A DNA stretch of 32,000 bases from Candidatus Atelocyanobacterium thalassa isolate ALOHA (GTDB taxonomy: Bacteria; Cyanobacteriota; Cyanobacteriia; Cyanobacteriales; Microcystaceae), in the NCBI RefSeq assembly GCF_000025125.1, contig NC_013771.1, positions 330,001 through 362,000 of the forward strand, in the 5' to 3' direction. Under the pieces are notes generated by a model. That model was given only the letters and a program-made list of their open reading frames with translations. It was not told the DNA's origin and made no database searches. A program made the position numbers and the translations under genes. The first letter of the stretch is position 1. Each line of letters opens with the position of its first letter. This document shows positions 8,841-17,892 of the stretch, piece by piece.

Positions 8841-9881
8841 TTATTCTTCAGAGATATCTGTAGTTTCAACTACCTCCTCTTGAATTTCATCTACATCTGA
8901 TGCAGAGGGAATATCTTCCATGGTACTTTTGTCTTCTCCAGTTGTTTCTCCAGTGATTTCTTCAGGTATCTCTCTACCTTCCGCCTCTGCAAGAAGCTTT
9001 TGACGATACTTCTCAGCCATCTCTTCTGCTTTTTCGAATACCACATCGCGATTTTTCAGCATATCTCCAGGTTCAGGTTCAAGCTGTTTTGTTGATAAAG
9101 ATATTCTTCCTCTTTCTGCATCGAGATCGATAATCATAACTTTTAATTCATCATTCACTCCAAAAACACTATGAGGAGTATCAATGTGATCATGAGAAAT
9201 TTCAGAAATGTGCAAAAGTCCGCTAACTCCGCCTATATCAATGAAAGCACCATAAGGCTTAATTCCACGAACAGAACCAATAACAACTTGTCCTACTTCT
9301 AAGCCGTTCATTTTGCGTTCAACTAATGCACGACGATGACTAAGGACTAAGCGGTTTCTTTCTTCGTCAACTTCAAGGAATTTTAAAGGTAATTCCTCTC
9401 CAACCAAATCTTCCTTAGCTTCACGAGTACTTATATGGGATCCTGGAATAAAACCTCTTAATCCTTCAATTCTAACGAGGGCACCTCCTCGATTGGTTGC
9501 AAAAACATTCGAACGCACAGTTGCGTCTTCTTCTCTTAATTGACGTACTCTTTCCCAAGCTCGCATATATTCAATGCGTCTAATAGAAAGAGTTAGCTGT
9601 CCGTCTTCATTCTCATCAGTTAAAATGAAAAACTCTCTTGTTTCATTAGGCTGAAGAACTTCATCAGGATTATCTACTCTGTTAATTGACATTTCCTGGA
9701 TAGGAATATAAGCTGCAGTTTTTGCTCCGATATCAATTAATGCGCCTCTTGGCTCCATACTAAAAACAGTACCAGGGACAATATCTCCAGGACTGAAGTG
9801 ATAATCATATTTATCAAGTAATGCAGCAAAATCTTCGTGAGTAAAACCAATATCTTTAATTGTTGCTTTCTGATCTGCCAT
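8841..9881 (-). CDS. rpsA: 30S ribosomal protein S1 (short cyanobacterial form with three S1 domains and an acidic tail)
   Basis: The 346-aa ORF has repeated S1 OB-fold signatures (GDIVPGTV...GALIDIG, GALVRIEGLRGFIP, GQVVIGSV...YGAFIDIGGVSGLLHISE). Its C-terminus is rich in Glu and Asp. Confidence 0.9.
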   Translation of the reverse strand: MADQKATIKDIGFTHEDFAALLDKYDYHFSPGDIVPGTVFSMEPRGALIDIGAKTAAYIPIQEMSINRVDNPDEVLQPNETREFFILTDENEDGQLTLSIRRIEYMRAWERVRQLREEDATVRSNVFATNRGGALVRIEGLRGFIPGSHISTREAKEDLVGEELPLKFLEVDEERNRLVLSHRRALVERKMNGLEVGQVVIGSVRGIKPYGAFIDIGGVSGLLHISEISHDHIDTPHSVFGVNDELKVMIIDLDAERGRISLSTKQLEPEPGDMLKNRDVVFEKAEEMAEKYRQKLLAEAEGREIPEEITGETTGEDKSTMEDIPSASDVDEIQEEVVETTDISEE

Positions 9882-10161
9882 GTATTTTCATTTTCCTATA
9901 CTTAAATCTCTGATAATTAGTAATGCCTCCTGTTGACGCATGTTTTCTAATTCTAAGATATTAACCGTAAAGATCATATCTTGATTGAATTAGCCACCAT
10001 AAAGAATATCCTTCTTAAACTTTGTGGAATAGTAAGAATAAATCCAAAAGATTGATTTATTATTTTGTCAATCATTAGCAGGTTGCAGGTCTTCATCATA
10101 TCATCATTTATAATAACTTGTATTGATTATGGTAGTAATTTATTCAAAGAAGCCTAGGTAA

Positions 10162-10511
10162 AAAAGAGTTGGACATAAGCCGGATTTTGTTCTAAAGGAG
10201 AGTTATCTATCTGGGATATTTGTTACCAAATATCTCTTGCGGTACACCTAGATGGGATTGGAAAAAGATCAACCTATATCCCTTCGACCTTGCTCCCAAC
10301 TGGGGTTTGCCGAGCCAGTATCTCACAATACTGCTGGTATGCTCTTACCATACCTTTGCACCCTTACCTTTTATCAAGGCGGTATTTTTCTGTGACACTG
10401 TCCTCACGCTCGCGCGCACTGGGTATTATCCAGCAAGTTTGATCTTTTGGGAGTCCGGACTTTCCTCAGATTATTTGATTTTAATAACCCGCAACTCTCT
10501 CGCCAACTCTT
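10162..10511 (-). ncRNA. rnpB: RNase P RNA (bacterial type A), about 350 nt
   Basis: The minus strand carries the universal P4 5' strand GAGGAAAGTCCGGACTCC (complement of 10450..10467). It also carries the P4 3' strand ACAAAATCCGGCTTATG (complement of 10174..10190). The core GGTAAGGGTGCAAAGGTATGGTAAGAGCATACC...GGCAAACCCCAGTTGGGAGCAAGGTCGAAGGG aligns closely with E. coli M1 RNA. P1 pairing is AAGAGTTGG (5') with CCAACTCTT (3'), and P2 pairing is GAGAGTT with AACTCTC. The ends are approximate, within about 3 nt. Confidence 0.93.
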
Positions 10512-10516
10512 TAATG

Positions 10517-10522
10517 ATTATA
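10517..10522 (-). promoter_or_regulatory. Candidate -10 box (TATAAT) for rnpB
   Basis: The + strand attata at 10517..10522 gives TATAAT on the minus strand. It lies about 6-7 nt upstream of the inferred 5' end of P1. I found no good -35 element. Confidence 0.4.
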
Positions 10523-10777
10523 TCTTAATGTTTTTTATAAGATAACTTCAAATTTTTTATATATCTTAAGAAGAATACAGCACATTAAAAAATTACCTTC
10601 AAAATAAAACTTAATATATTTGTTCTTGTCAGTGAGGGTAGATTAAATGATAGATAATCAAATCACTATTTAACTCGAAAGTATATGTTCCGATCCTCAT
10701 ACTCTAAATTATACGAATTTATTCATAATCAATGTATAGTTTTGAGACACTAGTTATGTCTTCTAGTTTCAAGAACT

Positions 10778-11199
10778 TTAAACTATTTTTTGCATAGCGG
10801 TTCTAAACATTTTTTGAAAAATTTTAATAACTTTAGCAAAGCTTAATTGGGAATGATTTTGTAAAGGATCAAGAGCTTGTAATTCAAGTAATAGCTTAGC
10901 TTCTTGTATCTGAATATTGCCATCACTATAAATTAAAAAACTTAAAGACTCTAAAAGTTCCTGATAATCTTTTAGAGTCGGATGATCACCTAAGTACTCT
11001 TCTAACCATTGATAGCATTGAACTGCTTTAATAGGTTTTAATTCTGATAGAAAATACTTTAATTCCATATCTCCAGACAATCCATTATGTTCTGATATCT
11101 GTTTCAAATAGTTTCTTTCTTCTATCTGGATAATTCCATCTATCCAAGCAACTCCAATTAAAATTTTTAGCAGTTGTTTTTTTTATATTTTGTACTCAT
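10778..11199 (-). CDS. TerB-like (tellurite-resistance TerB / DjlA N-domain-like) small protein; reading frame interrupted at an A8 tract near the 5' end
   Basis: The track ORF 10778..11107 begins at an internal TTG. The same frame stays open upstream and reads KKQLLKILIGVAWIDGIIQIEERNYLKQISEHNG..., the conserved AW.DG....EE..L core of TerB-like proteins. This frame has no ATG, GTG or TTG start upstream of the track's internal TTG. An ATG at 11197..11199 (MSTKYKKNNC*) sits in another frame, and the two frames meet at the homopolymer 11177..11184. Confidence 0.55.
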
Positions 11200-11217
11200 T
11201 ATCTATTGACTAGGTTT

Positions 11218-12579
11218 TCAATGAACTATAGTTGAATTTTTACGTAGTTTTACCATAAAGAATCCGTCCATATTGTGTTCATGAGGCAATGTTTGTAACC
11301 ATCCCGATGATGTAATAAAGGGCGAAAAAAGTTTAGAAAAAAGAGGTTTTTCAATATTCCATTCAGGATTATTTTTAAGAAAATTACAAACGATTGTTTC
11401 ATTTTCCGAAACATTTAAAGTACAGGTAGAGTAAACTAATACGCCATTTGGTTTTACCCATTTAGATGCTTTATCTAATATTTCTTGTTGTATTATTGAT
11501 AATTGTTTTATTTTTTCTGGAGTTTGTCTCCATCGAATATCTGGATTTCTATGTAAAGTGCCCAATCCAGAACAAGGAGCGTCTACTAAAACACGATCAG
11601 CAAAGTTATTAAACTGTTGCAAATATCGACTATCTCCTTTAACAAGTTTGATTGATCTTAACTTTAATCTTTCTATATTTTGTTGAATTTTTGTAAGACG
11701 AGACGAAATACGATCACAAGCTAATATCAATCCTTTATCTCTCATTAGCTCAGCAATATGAGTGGTTTTTCCTCCAGGAGCAGCACAAGCATCTATTACA
11801 GTTTCCCCAATCTTTGGATCTAATAAATAACTAACTAATTGCGCACTAATATCTTGTACTGTCCAATCTCCCTTTATAAATCCTGGTAAATTTTTTATAT
11901 CGCCTGTTTGCCCTTTTAGCCTCAAAGAGCAAGGTAAATGTGGTAAATATTCTACATTTACATTAGCCATAATAAGTTCATTCTTGATTTCTTGAGTAGT
12001 CTTTCCAAGAACATTTACACGTATATCAATTGTTGGAGATTGATTGAACCAATAGCATAGTTTTACCGAAGTATCTCCTCCCCATTGTTGGTACCAATTC
12101 TTAACTATCCAGTTAGGAAAACTATATTTGATGGCTGTAGTGTTAACAAAATCTTTCGATAATATCAACTTACAGTTTTCTTTCTTTTTTACTCTAATAT
12201 ATTCTCTCAATATTGCATTAACAACTTTAGACAGAACATTTAAATTATTATTTTTTGCAAGATCTACACTTGTATTAACAGCTGCAGACAAAGGGACATG
12301 ATCAAGATATAAAAGCTGATATAGTCCAATATGGAGAATACGACGTAAAACCGGTGACTGTTTTTGAGATTTTTTATTTCCTAATTGATCAATTAAGGAA
12401 TCTAGAGTACGTTGACAGCGTATTATTCCATAAACTAATTCTGTACATAGTCCACGATCCTGTCTACTTAGTTCGTTGTGCTTAAAAGCACTATCTAGGG
12501 ATATGTTGATAAAACTATTATTCTTATCTATTTCTCTTAGGATTTTTAGAACTAGTTGACGAGCATTAGAAACTTTCAA
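11218..12579 (-). CDS. rsmB: 16S rRNA (cytosine967-C5)-methyltransferase RsmB/Sun
   Basis: The 453-aa ORF has an N-terminal NusB-like domain and a C-terminal SAM m5C methyltransferase domain (DACAAPGGKT, VDAPCSGLGT, YSTCT). The start appears to be a TTG, since the frame has no ATG near the N-terminus. Confidence 0.9.
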   Translation of the reverse strand: MKVSNARQLVLKILREIDKNNSFINISLDSAFKHNELSRQDRGLCTELVYGIIRCQRTLDSLIDQLGNKKSQKQSPVLRRILHIGLYQLLYLDHVPLSAAVNTSVDLAKNNNLNVLSKVVNAILREYIRVKKKENCKLILSKDFVNTTAIKYSFPNWIVKNWYQQWGGDTSVKLCYWFNQSPTIDIRVNVLGKTTQEIKNELIMANVNVEYLPHLPCSLRLKGQTGDIKNLPGFIKGDWTVQDISAQLVSYLLDPKIGETVIDACAAPGGKTTHIAELMRDKGLILACDRISSRLTKIQQNIERLKLRSIKLVKGDSRYLQQFNNFADRVLVDAPCSGLGTLHRNPDIRWRQTPEKIKQLSIIQQEILDKASKWVKPNGVLVYSTCTLNVSENETIVCNFLKNNPEWNIEKPLFSKLFSPFITSSGWLQTLPHEHNMDGFFMVKLRKNSTIVH

Positions 12580-12835
12580 AATAAAATGTTATTAAAAATT
12601 AAGCTATGGCTTGAAATGATTGAAAAATTAAGATTAACTATTTAAATGTATTTAAATTATATAAATAATAATAATAATTTGCTATTATCCATTATTATTT
12701 AATCTTAAAAAATAATTTAATTGGGATAAGTAAATCTAATCAAAGTATCTTTTAATCTCTCTATGTTAAAGACCTTATTTGATAATTAATAATTTTTATG
12801 TATGGGCACTTAGGTAATATGGTAAATTTTTAAAA

Positions 12836-13549
12836 ATGAATAAAATAATAGGAACTCTATATGGAATAAGTATAGGGCCAGGTGATCCTGAATTAATTAC
12901 ATTGAAAGGGAAACGATTGTTGAAGGAAGTTCCTGTCATAGCTTTCCCTACAGGTAAAGCTAATAAAACAGGTTTAGCCGAACAAATAATTTCTTTTTGG
13001 GTTAATGAGCAACAGATAAAACTGCCTTTATACTTTCCTTATGTTAAAGATAAGAAACAATTGTGGGAAGCTTGGAAAAAAGCTGCCTGTAATGTTGAAA
13101 ATTATCTCCATAAAGGTATTGATGTAGCCTTTGCTTGTGAAGGAGATGTTAATTTCTTTAGTACTTTTACGTATTTAGCTCAGTTTATACTTAAGAAGTA
13201 CCCTCAAATTTCAATAAAAACAGTTTCTGGCGTTTGTTCACCAATTGTTTCTGCTTCTACTTTAGGTGTTCCATTAGCTTTTTATTCTCAAAACTTAGCT
13301 ATTCTTCCTATAGTTCACAATGTAGATGATATCAAAGTAATAATGCGTTGGGCTGATGTCATTGTTTTACTAAAAGTTAGTTCTGTTTACATTCAGATAT
13401 GGGATATTTTGAAAAGTTTAAATTTATTGCACAAAACTTCTTTAATCATTAGAGCTACACAATTAGAAGAGAGGGTATATAAAGATTTAACTAACCATCG
13501 CTATTTATCTATTCCATATTTTTCTTTAATGGTTATTCAAACTAACTAG
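12836..13549 (+). CDS. cobI: Precorrin-2 / cobalt-factor-II C20-methyltransferase
   Basis: The 237-aa ORF has the tetrapyrrole methylase N-terminus LYGISIGPGDPELITLKG. Its size and architecture match CobI/CbiL. Confidence 0.82.
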   Translation: MNKIIGTLYGISIGPGDPELITLKGKRLLKEVPVIAFPTGKANKTGLAEQIISFWVNEQQIKLPLYFPYVKDKKQLWEAWKKAACNVENYLHKGIDVAFACEGDVNFFSTFTYLAQFILKKYPQISIKTVSGVCSPIVSASTLGVPLAFYSQNLAILPIVHNVDDIKVIMRWADVIVLLKVSSVYIQIWDILKSLNLLHKTSLIIRATQLEERVYKDLTNHRYLSIPYFSLMVIQTN

Positions 13550-13856
13550 CTAAAAACTGTTTAATTGCTATTCATTTTCCATGAAAAAATCTTTGAAACT
13601 AACAATATTATTTACTTATCAGGTATTTAATAAATTTTCATAGTAGTTTCAGTTTGAATCACCATACAGTTTGTTTTAATAGATTTATTTTTATATTCTC
13701 AATAACAGGAAAAAACAAATATTAATTTTAATTAAATAATGGATGACTATATATGTTATATTTACTTAGTTGCCAAACTTTAAGAAAATAAAATTTTATT
13801 TATTTCTCTAAAGCTGCTATAATAAAGCTTTTGTATACTAGGAGAAAACCAATAAT

Positions 13857-14465
13857 ATGTCTCGTTATAGAGGGCCTCGCCTTAGGGTTGTACGAAGACT
13901 TGGAGAACTTCCAGGACTAAGTAGAAAAAACCCTCGTCGCACTTATCCACCTGGACAACATGGTCAGGGTCGTAGAAAACGTTCTGAATATGCTGTGCGA
14001 CTCGAAGAAAAACAGAAACTTCTTTATAATTACGGAGTAACTGAAAAACAGTTAATTCGTTATATGAAGAAAGCTCGTCGTGCTACTGGTTCTACAGGAC
14101 AAAAACTATTAGAACTTTTAGAGATGCGCTTAGATAATACAGTATTTCGTTTAGGAATGGCTGGAACAATACCTGGTGCTCGTCAGCTTGTAAACCACTG
14201 TCATGTATTAGTAAACGGACGGACTGTTAACATTGCTAGTTATCAGTGTCGTGCTGGAGATATTATTTCTGTTAGAAATAATGATAATTCTCGTCGTATG
14301 GTAGAAGCTAATATGCAATATCCTGGACTAGCTAACCTTCCTGAGCATCTAGAATTTGACAAAAATACTTTCACTGGAAAGGTTAATGATGTCATTAAAC
14401 GCGAATGGGTTGCACTACAAATTAATGAGCTTCTAATTGTTGAATACTATTCTCGAAAAGTATAA
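13857..14465 (+). CDS. rpsD: 30S ribosomal protein S4
   Basis: The 202-aa ORF starts [16 protein letters not shown] and contains an S4 RNA-binding domain ([12 protein letters not shown]...ARQLVNH.HVLVNG). Confidence 0.96.
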   Translation: MSRYRGPRLRVVRRLGELPGLSRKNPRRTYPPGQHGQGRRKRSEYAVRLEEKQKLLYNYGVTEKQLIRYMKKARRATGSTGQKLLELLEMRLDNTVFRLGMAGTIPGARQLVNHCHVLVNGRTVNIASYQCRAGDIISVRNNDNSRRMVEANMQYPGLANLPEHLEFDKNTFTGKVNDVIKREWVALQINELLIVEYYSRKV

Positions 14466-14512
14466 ACTAGATAAGCAATTTTATAATTGTTTTCTCTAAA
14501 TAATGAGATAGA

Positions 14513-14528
14513 GGTTGCTTAGGCAACC
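14513..14528 (+). terminator. Short GC-containing hairpin after rpsD (ggttgc-ttag-gcaacc)
   Basis: A 6-bp stem with a 4-nt loop lies about 50 nt after the rpsD stop. A weak T-rich stretch follows. Confidence 0.35.
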
Positions 14529-14752
14529 CTTATCAATTTAAACTTTAGTTATCTTTCATGTAAGAAATAATTTATGAGAAAGACACGAAATTAAATAATT
14601 TTTAGTTAATCTAGATTTCAATCGCTGTACAAGTTTTTGTAACAATACGCTGCATAGATGTTACACAAAATATATTCATTTTATATGGCTCTTAAATAAG
14701 ATACATTAAGTATTTTCACTTAGGTAATTTTCCAAACTTAGAAATTTATATA

Positions 14753-15928
14753 TCAGCTTTTCCAATACTTATAAGCCGTATAAGCTAAAGTAGTTATTCC
14801 TGTCGCGATCGCCGATTCATCTATATCAAATAGAGGATGATGTAAGGGATGATTTATCTTGTTTGGATAACCAGTACCTAGCCGAAACATTGTTCCTGGT
14901 GAATATTCTAAGTATGAGGAAAAATCTTCTGAACCTAATGATGGCTCAGATAAGATTCTAACAAAATCATTTCCCCATGCTTCTCGAGAAGCATTTTCTA
15001 GAATACTAGTAAGATGGATATCATTTTCAACAGAAGATACTCCCCATTGATAATCAATTTCGTACTTAGCATTATGAGCTTGGCAAACATTGGAAATAAT
15101 ACCTTCTATCCATTGAGGTAGCTTAGCACGAGTTTCAGGATGTAATGAACGCATCGTACCAGACATTTCCACTTGGTCTGCAATAATATTAGGCGCATGC
15201 CCTCCAGTAATTTTTCCAATTGTCAAAACTAGTGGATGTAGGGGGTTTTGAGTACGGCTAATAGCTTGTTGTAAAACTGTAATTATTTGAGATGCAATCC
15301 ATATTGCATCTACTGCTTCATGAGGCCGAGCTCCATGTCCTGATTCACCCTTAATAAATACTTGAATATTATCTACTGAAGCTGTTAATGTTCCATATTT
15401 GATGCCAATAGAACCCGCAGGAAGAGATGGGAAAACATGAACTCCAAAAATTGCATCAACATTATTCATAACGCCATCTTGTAACATCCATTTAGCCCCT
15501 TGAGCAATTTCTTCTGCAGGCTGAAACAGAAATCTAATATTTCCTCCTAATTGTTTTCTCAGCATAGATAGAATAACTGCAGTTCCTATTCCTACTGTAG
15601 TATGGACGTCATGTCCACAAGCATGCATTACCCCAGAATTATAAGAAGAAAAGTTTAATTTAGTTTTTTCTTGCATGGGTAAGGCATCCATATCTGTACG
15701 AATTGCTAAAACACTTTTTTCTTCAGAATCACTAATCAAATGCCCTACTACTCCTGTTTTACCAATAAATTTTTCTACAGGAATATCATAAGAAGAAAGT
15801 ATATTTGCCACATAAGCAGCTGTTTGATGTTCTTTACCACTTAATTCTGGATAAGAATGTAAATTTCGGCGAATTTCAACAAATCTAGGTAGAAAATCTT
15901 CGACGAGATTTTTTATTTCAGATAGCAT
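14753..15928 (-). CDS. M20-family amidohydrolase (N-acyl-L-amino acid amidohydrolase / hippurate hydrolase-like)
   Basis: Peptidase M20 motifs are present: LHSYPELSGKE, MHACGHDVHT, FQPAEE and GHGARPH. The track start at 15985 adds 19 residues (MDCCNVSSNTNITTIHKGY) that are just a palindrome being translated. The ATG at 15926..15928 (MLSEIKNLVEDF...) matches the usual family N-terminus. Confidence 0.85.
   Translation of the reverse strand: MLSEIKNLVEDFLPRFVEIRRNLHSYPELSGKEHQTAAYVANILSSYDIPVEKFIGKTGVVGHLISDSEEKSVLAIRTDMDALPMQEKTKLNFSSYNSGVMHACGHDVHTTVGIGTAVILSMLRKQLGGNIRFLFQPAEEIAQGAKWMLQDGVMNNVDAIFGVHVFPSLPAGSIGIKYGTLTASVDNIQVFIKGESGHGARPHEAVDAIWIASQIITVLQQAISRTQNPLHPLVLTIGKITGGHAPNIIADQVEMSGTMRSLHPETRAKLPQWIEGIISNVCQAHNAKYEIDYQWGVSSVENDIHLTSILENASREAWGNDFVRILSEPSLGSEDFSSYLEYSPGTMFRLGTGYPNKINHPLHHPLFDIDESAIATGITTLAYTAYKYWKS
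14805..14812. repeat. HIP1 octamer GCGATCGC (highly iterated palindrome of cyanobacteria); the only copy I noticed
   Basis: An exact GCGATCGC lies inside the amidohydrolase gene. I saw no other copy when reading the window, but I did not scan exhaustively. Confidence 0.6.
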
Positions 15929-15929
15929 A

Positions 15930-15993
15930 TAACCTTTATGGATTGTTGTAATGTTAGTATTACTACTAACATTACAACAATCCATAAAGGTTA
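15930..15993 (-). promoter_or_regulatory. Perfect 30-bp stem / 4-nt loop hairpin, 1 nt upstream of the amidohydrolase ATG
   Basis: Arm 15930..15959 (taacctttatggattgttgtaatgttagta) is the exact reverse complement of arm 15964..15993. On the mRNA strand the 3' arm ends ...CCAUAAAGGUUA-U-AUG, so any SD-like AAAGG would be inside the stem. Confidence 0.5.
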
Positions 15994-16119
15994 AGAATTT
16001 TTTATGTTTTAAATTTATAATTGTTAGTATTATTTATTTAAACTAGAAAAACTAATTGACTTAAAACTATTTATGCAAACTAACTTAGAGTAACAAGAAT
16101 TAAATTTTATGACTAGTTT

Positions 16120-17265
16120 TTAGAAGGGAAGATAAATATCACCAAGTAGCATTGGATAGGAAGCTCCAGTTACTTGTGGTAAGTTTCCTGGAATTTTATT
16201 TACATATCTCCAATAAGCTAAAACTGCAAAAGAAATTGCTTCTTTAAAATCACTGTTTAAGCCAACTTCAGTAGTTGTTTTTACCATAGTCTTATAAGGC
16301 GAATGATGTTTTATACGTTCTTTTAAATAAAGATTATGACTACCTCCCCCACATAGCAACACTTCATCAATAGGATGTTGAATAAAATGTTTATAACTAT
16401 TAGTAATAGAAATTGCAGTTAACTCTGTAATAGTAGTTAAAAAATCTGTTTCAGATAGTTCATAAACTTGAGCGTCATTCCAACAATATTCTAAATATTC
16501 TTTTCCAAAAAGCTCCCTACCAGTTGATTTAGGAGGCTTCTGATGAAAAAAAGTATTATTTAACCATTTTCTGATCAATTGATAATCAGGTTTACCTTGA
16601 GATGCCCAATCTCCATTTTCATCATAAAAATGTTTTCCCCTGCTTAACTTGTGAATAGCCAAATCAATTAACACATTTCCTGGTCCAGTATCCCATCCTG
16701 TAATGTTTTCAAACCAGTTATCCATACATCTTGGCGGTAAGTATGTAACATTACCTATTCCACCAATATTTTGTATGCATCTATGATACCGAGAATGACC
16801 CAACATACAAGCATCTACTGCTGATACTAAAGGTGCTCCTTGACCTCCAACAGCTATATCAGCAGCTCGAAAATTATTGACTGTTGGAATACCTGTAAAA
16901 TTAGCAATAATTTCTCCCCTGCCTAGTTGAATCGTATATCCCATAATATTTTCAACTGGCGGTCTGTGAAATACAGTTTGTCCGTGAGAGCCAATTAAAT
17001 CTACAGGAAAAAATTCTTTTTGAACTTCTTTAACGACATCTACAAAAGTCAAGGCGATTTTTTCATCTAATTTAGAAAATTCTTCTATTGATAAAGAGTG
17101 ACCTTCAGCAACTTTTAAAATCTGATTTCGAATTTTTTCTGGATAGGAATAGCTAATATTTAATAAGTATCTAATTCTCAGATCGAGTTTATTTCCTTGG
17201 ATTTCTATTAATGATGCATCAATGCTATCTACTGATGTACCACTCATTAGTCCGAGACAATACAT
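16120..17265 (-). CDS. anmK: Anhydro-N-acetylmuramic acid kinase
   Basis: The 381-aa ORF has the N-terminal GLMSGTSVDSIDA motif and the downstream IGGIGN and GPGN motifs typical of AnmK. Confidence 0.9.
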   Translation of the reverse strand: MYCLGLMSGTSVDSIDASLIEIQGNKLDLRIRYLLNISYSYPEKIRNQILKVAEGHSLSIEEFSKLDEKIALTFVDVVKEVQKEFFPVDLIGSHGQTVFHRPPVENIMGYTIQLGRGEIIANFTGIPTVNNFRAADIAVGGQGAPLVSAVDACMLGHSRYHRCIQNIGGIGNVTYLPPRCMDNWFENITGWDTGPGNVLIDLAIHKLSRGKHFYDENGDWASQGKPDYQLIRKWLNNTFFHQKPPKSTGRELFGKEYLEYCWNDAQVYELSETDFLTTITELTAISITNSYKHFIQHPIDEVLLCGGGSHNLYLKERIKHHSPYKTMVKTTTEVGLNSDFKEAISFAVLAYWRYVNKIPGNLPQVTGASYPMLLGDIYLPF

Positions 17266-17892
17266 ATTTAAAATTAATTTTTTGTAAACTACAATTGTTT
17301 AAATTCTATCTTAATGTATACATTATTATTTTTTATATATATAACTAACCCATTTAAATATCTCATCTAGTATTTACGAAAAATAAAAAGCTTTAAAATA
17401 TTATTAATAATGATTTTTAGTTATTAACTTATATTTAATCGTTAATAAATAACTCAATATAAGTTAGTAAAGTTCACCTATAAGTAATTAAGAACGTTTA
17501 GGGTCTGTAAAAAGTAATAGTGAATAACTACAACTTATTTTAAAACTTCATTCAAACTATAAAAAATATTTGTATTTAAGACAAAAATACTCTCTTATGT
17601 TAAAAACTATATCATGTGGAAACTATTAATTAAAAATATTTTCGTTTTACTTGACTTAAATTAATCAAGGACCTAATTAAGATAAAAAATACTTAGATAT
17701 TAGTATAGTTTTTATAGCAATATTAAAATAATTACTAAAGTAATTGAGCTAATTATTTTAGCTTACACAAATATAAGACTAGCCAAATATTATCAGTAAT
17801 AATATCGTTAAAATATAACTTTTGTTAACTGATCTAACTCTTAAGATTCTTATTGAGAGGCAATTGATATTTTACATTTACAACACATCATA

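Noticed and set aside
10220-10528. 102-aa + strand ORF (MLPNISCGTPRWDW...)
   Set aside because: It lies entirely over the minus-strand RNase P RNA gene. Its openness comes from the locally higher GC content of the structured RNA. It has no protein-like motifs.
15929-15985. 19-codon N-terminal extension of the amidohydrolase (MDCCNVSSNTNITTIHKGY)
   Set aside because: The extension is exactly the translated 30-bp palindrome. The family N-terminus aligns from the internal Met at 15928. I treat the region as an RNA/DNA structure rather than coding sequence.
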